From the NCBI GenBank assembly GCA_964395825.1, contig CAYNCM010000007.1:10514-42513 (forward strand): a stretch of DNA of 32,000 bases, read 5' to 3'. The DNA comes from an uncultured Planctomycetaceae bacterium. Its GTDB lineage: Bacteria; Planctomycetota; Phycisphaerae; Phycisphaerales; Zrk34. Under the pieces are notes generated by a model. The model was not told where the DNA came from and searched no databases. It worked only from the letters and a program-made list of their open reading frames with translations. Below are positions 6,896 through 15,093 of the stretch, in pieces. A program made the position numbers and the translations under genes. How positions within the stretch are numbered: the first letter of the stretch is position 1; each line of letters opens with the position of its first letter.

Positions 6896-9800
6896 GGTGT
6901 CGGTGCGTTGGCGTCGGCGGTGACGGCGGCAAGGCTCTCGGCGACGGCGTCGACCGTCTCGGCGATTTGCCCGGGCGTGTGGTCGACGGTGACAAAGAAC
7001 CGAAGCCGCGCGGCGTGTTCGGGCACGGCGGGATGGAGAATCGGCGAAACGTTGATGCCCCGCTCGGCCAGGGCAGCGGTCAATCGCAACGCGGTCAGCG
7101 AACGGCCAACCATCACCGGCACGACCGGCGTGTCAACCGGCGTGCCGATGTCGAGCCGGCGCTCGACGGCCAGGCGGCGGAACAACCCGAACCGCTCGGA
7201 CAGCGTCGCCACGCGCTGCGGTTCGGCGTGCAACAGGCGCAGGGCCGCACACGCGGCGGCGGCGTTCGGCGGCGACATGCCCACGCTGTACACGAATCCC
7301 GGGGCGGTGTATTTCAGGTATTCGACCAGCGCCTCGGAGCCGGCGATGTAACCGCCGCAACTGCCCAGCGCCTTGCTCAGCGTGCCCATCCAGATGTCCA
7401 CCTCGCGCGAATCGATGCCGAATTGCTCCGCCGAGCCTCGCCCGGTTTGACCAACCGTGCCCATGGCGTGGGCTTCGTCGACCAGCAGCAGAGCATGGTG
7501 GCGATGCTTGAGTTCGACAAAGCGCGGCAGGTCGGGCATGTCGCCGTCCATCGAGTACACGCCCTCAATCGCGATCAGCACGCGGCGATACTGCCGGCGC
7601 ACCGCGGTGAGCATTTCATCGAGCGCCCGGTAATCGTTATGGGCGAATGTCCGCCGCGCCGCGCCCGAGAGCATCGCGCCCTGGATGATGCTGTTGTGGG
7701 CCAGGGCGTCGTGGACGACCAGGTCGCGCTGGTCGAGCAGGTGGCCGATCGTGGTGACGTTCGTGGCGTGGCCGCTGACGAAGGCAAGCGCCGCGTCCAC
7801 GCCGTAGTGTTCGGCCAGCTCGCGCTCCAGTTCGCCATGCACGGTCTTCTCGCCGAACACCAGGCGACTGGCGTTGCTGCTGGTGCCGTAGCGATCAATC
7901 GCTTGCTTGGCGGCCTCGATGACCGGTTCGCAATGGGCCAGGCCGAGGTAGTCGTAACTGCAGAAGTTGATCATCGCCTGGCCGTCGATGATCTGCCGCT
8001 TCTCGGTAAGACCCTCGTGCACGCGGAAGTAGGGATTGGCCTGGCCCATCGCGCCCAGGTGGCGCTGCAGTGAGCCGTACTCGGCGAAGCGCTCGATGCG
8101 GTAGTGCTCAGGCGGAACCCTGCCGTTGCGCCGCGCGGTGCGTCGGCGGGCGTCGGACAGGTGCCGCTCGACCGCTCGGGCCAGGTCGCCGCAGGTGTAC
8201 GCCTCGGCGACCGCTTCGTCGGGCACGGGCGCGTCGAGCGTCTTTTCCAATAGCGCCACCAGTTCCAGCCGTTGCAGCGAGTCGAGGCCCAGCGCCGCCA
8301 GCGGCGTGTCGGGGTCGATGCGCCCGGCGGCCGGTCCGGCCAGCTCGCGCGCGTGACCCATCACCAGATCGAGCGCGGCGCCGGCCTGCGCGGGCTTGGA
8401 CGCCGCCCCGGTCGGCCCGGCGGGCCAGTTCAACCGCTGGGCGATCACGTTCAATTCATCGTCGGCCAGCAAACGGGCGCAGGCCCGGCGCTGCACCTTG
8501 CCGCTGGTGGTGCGCGGCACGGTGCGCCCGCGGACGAGCACCACGCCGTCGAGCGCCAGATCATGCCGTTCGGCCACGGCGCGGGTGATCGCGTCGATCA
8601 CCTCACTGAAATCATCGTGGCCGTTCCGCTCGACTTCGTGGACCAGCACGATGCGCTGGGCGCCGTCGATGTCGGCGCTGAACGCCGCGCCGTCGCCCCC
8701 GGCCAGTAAGTTGTGGCTGTTGCGGGCGGTCTGCTCGATGTCGTGGGGATAATGGTTCACCCCGCGCACGATGATCAGATCCTTCAGCCGACCGGTGCAG
8801 AACAGTTCGCCGTCACGCATCAGGCCCAGGTCGCCGGTGCGCAGGAACGGGCCATCGCCGTCCGCCAGGCGCGATTCGAACGCGCTTTGCGAATCGTGCG
8901 GCTTGTTGAAGTATCCGGCGGCGACGCTCGGGCCGGCGGTCCAGATTTCCCCGATCCGCCCGTCCGGCAGCGTTTCGTGGGTGTGGGGATCGACAATCAG
9001 CACCCGATGGTCCGGTATCGGTGGTCCGCAGGAAACCAGCCGACGCCCGGCGCCCGAGCCGGCGGCATCGTCGAACGATTCGACGCGCGGTTCGCGCCCG
9101 CCGGCGCCGGTGACCATCAGGGTCGATTCGGCCAGGCCGTAACACGGCAGAAACGCTTGACGCCTGAAACCGCAGTCGGCGAACGCCTCGGCGAAGCGTT
9201 CGAGCGTTTCGGGTCGGATGGGCTCGGCCCCGTTGAATGCGACGTTCCACGAGGACAGGTCGAGCCGCCGCCGATCTTCGGGGCTGATCTTCCGCACGCA
9301 CAGGTCGTAGATGAAGTTCGGCCCGCCGCTGATCGTGCCGCGGTATTGCGAGATCGCCCGCAACCAGCGCAGCGGCCGGGACAGAACCGACATGGGCGGC
9401 AGCACGATGCTCGGTCCGCCGACGTGAATGGTTTGCAGGATCGCCCCGATCAGGCCCATGTCGTGGTACGGCGGCAGCCAGGTGACGCCCACGCCGTCGG
9501 GCGCCGAGCCGAAGGATTGCTCAATGCACGCGGAGTTGTGGGCGAGGTTGTCGTGGGTGACGATGACGCCGCGTGGCGTACCGGTCGAGCCGGAGGTGTA
9601 TTGCAGCATCGCCGGGTCGGTCGGCGCGAGGTCGGGTTGGTGCCATCGGTCGGCCCGGTCCTCGTGGATTGCGTCGGTGGCCAGCCAGGTCAGGTCGAAG
9701 TCGTCGGCGAGATTGGCCGCGCGCTGGGCGAGGGCGTCGGTGGTCAGGGCGATGCGCGGCGCCGCATCGCGGGCGGTGGAACGGAATCGCTCGGCCATGC

Positions 9801-10122
9801 GGTTACGCCGGGGCGGATAGGTGGGCACGGCGGTGATGCCGGCGTACAGGCAGCCGAAGAAGGCGGTGATGAAATCCAGCCCCGGCGCATAGACCAGCAA
9901 CGCCCGTTCGCCCGCCAGGCCGCGCGACTGCAATTCGGCGGCGATCGCCCGGCAGCGCCGGTCCAGTTGTCCGTAGGTCAGTTCCTCCGAAGGCGTCTGC
10001 CCGTCGGTGAGCATGACAAACGCGCGCCGGTCGGCGTGGGCGTCGGCCCAGTGGCGGGCGGTCCGCACGAGATCAGGCCGGGCGGATTGGATGGGCTGGC
10101 GGCCGACGAATGGCACCGGCAA
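6892..10122 (-). CDS. Tridomain fatty acyl-AMP ligase (FAAL) - acyl carrier domain - PLP-dependent alpha-oxoamine synthase (AONS/SPT/BioF family)
   Basis: 1076 aa.
- Adenylation domain, aa 1-~565: FFGCLYAGITAVPTYPP, LQYTSGSTGTPRGV, PPYHDMGL, GEIWTAGPSVAAGY, LRTGDLG, TTSGKVQRR.
- Carrier domain: LGLDSLQRLEL, with Ser615 at codon 8278-8280.
- AONS domain, aa ~680-1065: NFCSYDYLGL, SGHATN, EGVYSMDGD, LLVDEAHAMG, and the PLP-lysine motif GTLSKALG with Lys917 at codon 7372-7374. Confidence 0.9.
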   Translation of the reverse strand: MPVPFVGRQPIQSARPDLVRTARHWADAHADRRAFVMLTDGQTPSEELTYGQLDRRCRAIAAELQSRGLAGERALLVYAPGLDFITAFFGCLYAGITAVPTYPPRRNRMAERFRSTARDAAPRIALTTDALAQRAANLADDFDLTWLATDAIHEDRADRWHQPDLAPTDPAMLQYTSGSTGTPRGVIVTHDNLAHNSACIEQSFGSAPDGVGVTWLPPYHDMGLIGAILQTIHVGGPSIVLPPMSVLSRPLRWLRAISQYRGTISGGPNFIYDLCVRKISPEDRRRLDLSSWNVAFNGAEPIRPETLERFAEAFADCGFRRQAFLPCYGLAESTLMVTGAGGREPRVESFDDAAGSGAGRRLVSCGPPIPDHRVLIVDPHTHETLPDGRIGEIWTAGPSVAAGYFNKPHDSQSAFESRLADGDGPFLRTGDLGLMRDGELFCTGRLKDLIIVRGVNHYPHDIEQTARNSHNLLAGGDGAAFSADIDGAQRIVLVHEVERNGHDDFSEVIDAITRAVAERHDLALDGVVLVRGRTVPRTTSGKVQRRACARLLADDELNVIAQRLNWPAGPTGAASKPAQAGAALDLVMGHARELAGPAAGRIDPDTPLAALGLDSLQRLELVALLEKTLDAPVPDEAVAEAYTCGDLARAVERHLSDARRRTARRNGRVPPEHYRIERFAEYGSLQRHLGAMGQANPYFRVHEGLTEKRQIIDGQAMINFCSYDYLGLAHCEPVIEAAKQAIDRYGTSSNASRLVFGEKTVHGELERELAEHYGVDAALAFVSGHATNVTTIGHLLDQRDLVVHDALAHNSIIQGAMLSGAARRTFAHNDYRALDEMLTAVRRQYRRVLIAIEGVYSMDGDMPDLPRFVELKHRHHALLLVDEAHAMGTVGQTGRGSAEQFGIDSREVDIWMGTLSKALGSCGGYIAGSEALVEYLKYTAPGFVYSVGMSPPNAAAACAALRLLHAEPQRVATLSERFGLFRRLAVERRLDIGTPVDTPVVPVMVGRSLTALRLTAALAERGINVSPILHPAVPEHAARLRFFVTVDHTPGQIAETVDAVAESLAAVTADANAPTP

Positions 10123-10269
10123 TCTCCCTGACCGTCATGCGGGGCGACAGACCGTACGCATCACCCGCCGCCGCGTTACCCATACTGTACGTCAGCGTCC
10201 CATCACGGCCAAGCGCAAAGCATTCGAACGTTCCGGTCCGCATATCCCCGATTGATCCGATGCGGTAGA

Positions 10270-11406
10270 ATGCCCGCCGTGTATCGCATTGCGCTGCGCA
10301 TGTTGTTCGCCGATAAGCTCAAGTACATCGTGCTGGTGTGCGGATTGGCTTTCGCCGTCTTGCTGATCACCCAGCAGTGCGCGATTTTCCTGGGCATTCT
10401 GATCCGCGCCACCGGGCCGCTGCAGAACATCGGCCAGGCCGATATCTGGGTCGCCGGGGAACACACCTACTACATCGACATGGTCCTGCCGATGAACGAT
10501 CGCGACCTGTACCGGGTGCGGGCGGTGCCGGGCGTGCAGTGGGCCGAGCCGTTCTTCTTCTTCAACACCATCGTGCAACTGCCCGACGGGCGTTTCACCG
10601 TGGTGCAGGTGGTGGGGGTGGATCGTCAGACGATGATTGGCCAGCCGCCAAAGGTGCTCACCGGTCGGCTGGACGATCTTCGCATCCCCGATGCGGTGCT
10701 GCTGGACAAGAAGGGCCGGCGGCGTTTGAAGGACATCCAGGTCGGCGACACGCTGCGGCTGAACGACCGCCGCGCGATGGTGGTCGGGTTCTGCAACGCC
10801 AAGAAGGGCCTGCTGTCCAAGGCGCTGATGTACACCACCTACCAGAACGCGATGCGCTTCGTGCCGCTCGGTCGACAACGCATGACCTACATTCTGGTGA
10901 AGGTGAAGGACGGCTGGGACATCGGGCAGATCTCAGCCGACATCAGTCGCATCGAGGGGATCCACGGCTGGACGGCGGACCAGATGCGCCGGCGCAACAT
11001 CGACTTCATCCTGCGGGACACGTCGGTCGGGCTGAACTTCGCGATCATGGTCGGGCTGGGCACGTTCGTGGGGCTGGTGGTGTCGATGGCCACGTTCAAC
11101 CAGTTCACCAACGACAACCTGCCGCATTACGCGGTGCTCAAGGCGATGGGGGCGCGATCGCGCACGCTGATTGGCATGGTGGTGGTCCAGTCGATGACGG
11201 TGGGGCTGATCGGTTACGGGCTGGGCGTGGGCTTGGCGGCGATCTTCACCCGCACCGTGCGCAACCAGGCCGATGAACTGGTCGCCTACATCCCCTGGCA
11301 ACTGCTGGTCGTGGCGCTGGTGCCGATGCTGCTATGCGTCAGCCTCGGAGCGTTCGTGGCGCTGAGGCGGGTGTTGCGACTCGATCCGGCGACGGTGTTC
11401 GCATGA
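10270..11406 (+). CDS. ABC exporter permease, FtsX-domain MacB/DevC type
   Basis: An N-terminal TM helix (KYIVLVCGLAFAVLLI) is followed by a ~230-aa extracytoplasmic domain. Three C-terminal TM helices carry the FtsX-like segment (HYAVLKAMGARSRTLIGMVVVQSMTVGLIGYGLGVGL). Start taken at ATG 10270; TTG 10252 is an alternative. The stop overlaps the ATPase start (ATGA at 11403-11406). Confidence 0.8.
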   Translation: MPAVYRIALRMLFADKLKYIVLVCGLAFAVLLITQQCAIFLGILIRATGPLQNIGQADIWVAGEHTYYIDMVLPMNDRDLYRVRAVPGVQWAEPFFFFNTIVQLPDGRFTVVQVVGVDRQTMIGQPPKVLTGRLDDLRIPDAVLLDKKGRRRLKDIQVGDTLRLNDRRAMVVGFCNAKKGLLSKALMYTTYQNAMRFVPLGRQRMTYILVKVKDGWDIGQISADISRIEGIHGWTADQMRRRNIDFILRDTSVGLNFAIMVGLGTFVGLVVSMATFNQFTNDNLPHYAVLKAMGARSRTLIGMVVVQSMTVGLIGYGLGVGLAAIFTRTVRNQADELVAYIPWQLLVVALVPMLLCVSLGAFVALRRVLRLDPATVFA

Positions 11407-12161
11407 ACCCGATGACCAACCATAATCCGCTGGTGCGCCTGCGCGGCGTGCACAAGACGTTCGGCGAAGGCCGCGCGGCCGTCCACGCGCTGCGCGGCGT
11501 CGACCTCGACGTCAACGCCGGGGAACTGGTCATGCTCATGGGCCCCAGCGGTTGCGGCAAGACCACGCTCATCTCCATCATCTCCGGCGTGCTCAGCCCG
11601 TCGAATGGCGAAGTCGAAGCGTTCGGCTTCCGCTGGACGAACCTCAACGAAGACCGCAAAGCCCTGCGCCGGGCGCAGTACATCGGTTACGTGTTCCAAC
11701 AGTTCCACCTGGTGCCGCAGCTTTCGGCCCTGGAGAACGTGGCCGTGCCGCTGCTGATCCGCCGGGTGAAGCGTGACGAGGCGCTGAAGCGTTCAGCCCG
11801 GGCGCTGGGCGATGTGGGCCTGGGCGATCGCCTGGACGATCCGCCTCGCCAACTCAGCGGCGGAATGCAGCAACGCGTCAGCGTGGCCCGGGCCCTGGTC
11901 GGCCGACCGCGGCTGCTGGTCTGCGATGAGCCGACCGCCAACCTCGATGCGGACAACGGCCAGGCGGTGATGGAACTGCTCCGACGGGCCAGCAAGGACA
12001 CCGATCACGCCGGCCACGCCTGCGCGGTGATCGTGGTCACCCACGACGCCCGCACCGAGGAATTCGCCGACCGCATCGAATTCATGGAAGACGGCCGCTT
12101 CGTCGCCGACGCGGTGGGCGTGCATCATGCCACCGCGAAGCCTGCCAACGAAAGCGGGTGA
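11403..12161 (+). CDS. ABC transporter ATP-binding protein (MacB/LolD/DevA-like)
   Basis: Walker A GPSGCGKTT, Q-loop FQQFHL, signature LSGGMQQRV, Walker B LLVCDEPT and the H-loop VVTHD are all present. The ATG at 11403 overlaps the permease stop. Confidence 0.9.
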   Translation: MNPMTNHNPLVRLRGVHKTFGEGRAAVHALRGVDLDVNAGELVMLMGPSGCGKTTLISIISGVLSPSNGEVEAFGFRWTNLNEDRKALRRAQYIGYVFQQFHLVPQLSALENVAVPLLIRRVKRDEALKRSARALGDVGLGDRLDDPPRQLSGGMQQRVSVARALVGRPRLLVCDEPTANLDADNGQAVMELLRRASKDTDHAGHACAVIVVTHDARTEEFADRIEFMEDGRFVADAVGVHHATAKPANESG

Positions 12162-12201
12162 CGCTGTTCGCGAACTCGGCAACCAAGACGGGAATCGGAT
12201 C

Positions 12202-13245
12202 ATGATCAAATGGCTCAGCATTCTGTTGGCGATTGGCGGCCTGGTACTCGGGCTGGTGGTGGTCATCACCACGACCACCCGCCCGCCGGAGATCGAACCG
12301 GCCGGTCCACCGTCGATCAACCCCTTCCCCCGAGGCATCGCGGCCACCGGACTCATCGAGGCGGCCAGCCGAAACCTCGAACTGGGCCCCGCCGAACCGG
12401 GAACCGTGGCCGAGGTGTTCGTGCAGGTCAACGATTCAGTCACCGACGACCAGGCGCTGTTCCGCCTGGACAGCCGCGCCCTGGAGGCCGAGCGGCTGCG
12501 CGCCGTTGCCGCCGGGAAGATCGCCCGGGCGCGGCTCGATCGGCTCCAGGCCGCGCCACGCGCCGAGGATCTCGCTCCCCTCGTCGCCGCGGTCGATCGC
12601 GCCCAGGCGAAGTACGATGACGCCAAGCGGGAATACGAACAGGCCCAACAGGTCTACGCCCAGCGGGCGGCGGGCAGCGCCGAGGTGGCCCATCGCAAGA
12701 ACGCCATGCTTGCGGCCAAGGCGGTGCTCGACCAGGCCCAGGCCGAACACGACCGCCTCGCCGCCGGCGCCTGGAAGTACGACCTGGCCGTGGCCGAGGC
12801 GTCGCTCGAAGAAGCCTACGCCGCCGTTCGGGCCATCGAAATGCGCATCGAACGCATGACCGTGCGCTCGCCGGTCGACGGCATCGTGCTGCGCCGTGAA
12901 GTCGAACCGGGCGAGTTTGTCGCGGTCGGCTCACCCACGCCGGCCATGGTGGTCGGCGACTTAAGCGCCCTGCACGTGCGGGCCCAGGTCGATGAAGAAG
13001 ACGCCGGCCAACTGGTCGAAGGCGCCGAGGCGGTCGGCATGATCCGCGGGCCCGACCGCCAGCGCGTACCGCTCGAACCACTGCGCATCGAACCCATGGC
13101 CGTGCCCAAGCAGCAACTGGCCAACTCGCCGATCGAACTGGTCGACACCCGCGTGGTCCAGGTGATCTACCGCGTCGAAGGCGACCCCGGCATCCGCCTG
13201 TACCCCGGCCAACTGATCGATGTGTTCATCAGCACCCAGCCCTAG
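12202..13245 (+). CDS. HlyD/DevB-type membrane fusion (periplasmic adaptor) protein
   Basis: Start at ATG 12202 gives an N-terminal anchor (MIKWLSILLAIGGLVLGLVVVI). A lipoyl-like half-motif follows (GTVAEVFVQVNDSVTDDQALFRLD), then a long Ala-rich coiled-coil hairpin. The second lipoyl half and beta-barrel follow (VRSPVDGIVLRREVEPGEFV...LHVRAQVDEEDAGQL). Confidence 0.8.
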   Translation: MIKWLSILLAIGGLVLGLVVVITTTTRPPEIEPAGPPSINPFPRGIAATGLIEAASRNLELGPAEPGTVAEVFVQVNDSVTDDQALFRLDSRALEAERLRAVAAGKIARARLDRLQAAPRAEDLAPLVAAVDRAQAKYDDAKREYEQAQQVYAQRAAGSAEVAHRKNAMLAAKAVLDQAQAEHDRLAAGAWKYDLAVAEASLEEAYAAVRAIEMRIERMTVRSPVDGIVLRREVEPGEFVAVGSPTPAMVVGDLSALHVRAQVDEEDAGQLVEGAEAVGMIRGPDRQRVPLEPLRIEPMAVPKQQLANSPIELVDTRVVQVIYRVEGDPGIRLYPGQLIDVFISTQP

Positions 13246-13419
13246 TACCACGTCTGCCGTTGATCTTCGGCGGGAAGTTCAGCCGCCAGCCGTAGGCGAA
13301 CGCGGTGTCGAAGCGCTCCCCCGCGGGTCGCGGCCAAAACCGATTCCCGAATCTTGGGTGCAGACACAATACCAGCGCGCCCGGCGCGACCCCGCTTGTG
13401 CCGGTCGCCCCCCGCGATG

Positions 13420-14625
13420 TCAGCCACCCGGAACCGCGACCTGCCCTGCGCCGTAGCCCAGCCGTGCGAAGGCGAACGCCCATTCTTCGCCAATGCGGTT
13501 GATCGTCGCGGCGTCGAGGCGATGGGTGTTCTTGCGGTAATCGCGCCGGGCATTGAGGTGTTGCTCGATCGCCGGCCGGGCGGGCTGGAAGTCGCCGAGG
13601 TCGAGTTTCTCGTAAATCCCCTGCAACTGGCCCAGCGGGTCGCGCTCCAGATCCTCGTAACGCAGTTCGACGAGGTGGCCGGCGGGGATCAGCCCGCGGG
13701 TGTCGAAGTAGCGATGCATGACGGTGCGGTACTGACTGAACACCTGTTCGCGGATGTCCGCGACCCAGGCGCATTGCAGGCCGAGCCGTTCGACCATTCG
13801 GCAGCGCATGCGCAGGGTGGAGGCGAACACGTCGAACGGATCGCGCTGAATGTGAATGAAGCGGGCCTCCGGAAACAGTTCGAGCAGTTGTCGAATGCGG
13901 GCGGTGTTCGCCGGATTCTTCAGCACCAGCCGCCGGCCGTCGCGGGCCTTGGTGATGGATTTGAGGTAGCGCACGAAATCGCGCTGCCACCGCGCCCGCT
14001 CCTCGTCAGTCAGTCCCTCGAACATCACCGCCCGGCGGAAGTGGGCCATGGCGTGGCGCGGGAAGTAGAAGCCGTGGTAGTATGATACGTCGCCGAGCAC
14101 GGCCATGGCGGCCTCTTCCTCGAACGGGGCGTCCATGTCCAGGGCGATCTGGTCCATCGGGCGCGTCGACGGAATCGCCCAGCCGAACAGGTAACGCAGG
14201 TACCAGCCGGCGAAGATCGACTCGGGTGCCAGGGCCTGCCACATGGACACGTATCCGAAGCGTTCATCGCGGCTGAGCAGTTCGTGCAGCCAGGTGGTGC
14301 CGCTGCGCCAGTGGCCGATGATGAAAACCGGCGGGTGCTTGATCTCGACCCGGTCGAGGGTCGGTACGAAACGCAGACGATGATCGAGCCGCGTCAACAC
14401 CCCCGCCGCCGAGTGGACACTGATCGTCATCGCCCGGCCGAACGCATCGCGACCGATCGGCCCGTACCGGTGAAGCAGCCGAATCCAGTGAACCATCGAC
14501 GTGGCGCACATCAAATGCATCAGCCCGCGACCGGGACGGATCCGATCGTCATCAGGTGGTGCGGCGGATTCGGGCGAACTGGTTCGGCACACGGCGGACA
14601 GTTTCGGTTCCGTCCGAAAAGGCAT
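13420..14625 (-). CDS. PAPS-dependent sulfotransferase family protein (start codon uncertain)
   Basis: 5'-phosphosulfate-binding loop PPVFIIGHWRSGTTWLHELL is present. The downstream 3'-PB-like region is LVLKNPANTARIRQLLELFPEARFIHIQRDPFDV. The N-terminal region has the layout of a bacterial Sulfotransfer_3-like family. The first ~35 codons abut an IS relic and may not be coding; alternative ATGs are at 14520 and 14496. Confidence 0.8.
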   Translation of the reverse strand: MPFRTEPKLSAVCRTSSPESAAPPDDDRIRPGRGLMHLMCATSMVHWIRLLHRYGPIGRDAFGRAMTISVHSAAGVLTRLDHRLRFVPTLDRVEIKHPPVFIIGHWRSGTTWLHELLSRDERFGYVSMWQALAPESIFAGWYLRYLFGWAIPSTRPMDQIALDMDAPFEEEAAMAVLGDVSYYHGFYFPRHAMAHFRRAVMFEGLTDEERARWQRDFVRYLKSITKARDGRRLVLKNPANTARIRQLLELFPEARFIHIQRDPFDVFASTLRMRCRMVERLGLQCAWVADIREQVFSQYRTVMHRYFDTRGLIPAGHLVELRYEDLERDPLGQLQGIYEKLDLGDFQPARPAIEQHLNARRDYRKNTHRLDAATINRIGEEWAFAFARLGYGAGQVAVPGG

Positions 14626-14629
14626 TGTT

Positions 14630-14779
14630 TCATTGTACCGCCAGGCGTCGATGGCGTTGGATGAATGCCATCCGGATCATGCCCGAGAAGTTCTTGGCCG
14701 TCTTCTCGAACCGACTGAACACGCGGCGGGAGTGAGCATCATCGGAGAATGGCCCTCGAGGTGCGCGAAACTTCGAGCG
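14630..14779 (-). pseudogene. IS5-family transposase C-terminal relic
   Basis: The last ~45 codons of minus ORF 14630-14827 read HSRRVFSRFEKTAKNFSGMIRMAFIQRHRRL. This matches the conserved IS5/IS427-group C-terminus (..FRRIATRYEKxAxNYLAMLxIAAIxLWL). No upstream DDE region is present. Confidence 0.45.
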
Positions 14780-14965
14780 ATCCTGGCCCTCCGTGGCCTC
14801 CCGTCTTGATGATCGTGTTGCCCACACCCATTATGACAGGAGGTCCTTTAACGCGCAAGTGCTTCTAACTGCGCTGATGGGTTAGACTTATAGCCATGTT
14901 GATGGCGTTCGGACTCATCCCCATTCCCTTCGAATGTGAGTAAACGATCAGGGAACGGTTAGGAT

Positions 14966-15020
14966 TAACCGTTTGGTAACGAAACGCTATTGGTTCTCTA
15001 ACCAAACGCTAGTAATTTGC
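14966..15020 (+). promoter_or_regulatory. Candidate Pho-box array upstream of the porin gene (11-bp phased TAAC repeats)
   Basis: Consecutive 11-mers starting at 14966: TAACCGTTTGG / TAACGAAACGC / TATTGGTTCTC / TAACCAAACGC / TAGTAATTTGC. Units 2 and 4 match at 10 of 11 positions. The last unit contains a -10-like AGTAAT. The array lies ~75 nt upstream of the porin ATG, in a lower-GC stretch. Confidence 0.5.
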
Positions 15021-15093
15021 GTCCGCCGTCGATGGGTCGGCGGCACGGAACGGGACGCTCGAAGACGGAACGCTCAGCAAAGGAGACCGGAGC

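Noticed and set aside
10266-10271. Good -10-like hexamer TAGAAT in the divergent region before the exporter permease.
   Set aside because: It overlaps the most plausible permease start codon (ATG 10270). The conserved N-terminal helix begins immediately after, so a promoter here would remove the start. No matching -35 was seen.
14501-14809. 102-aa plus-strand ORF between the sulfotransferase and porin genes.
   Set aside because: It overlaps the sulfotransferase N-terminus and is antisense to the IS5-relic frame, which carries the recognisable RFEKTAKNF..MI..AFI motif. It has no family features of its own.
14831-14839. E. coli-type Pho-box half-site CTGTCATAA (reverse complement of TTATGACAG) between the sulfotransferase and porin genes.
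   Set aside because: It is a single half-site. The position 11 bp further on reads GGTGTGG, not a second CTGTCA repeat. The organism's Pho promoters instead share TAAC-phased repeats. Probably a chance match.
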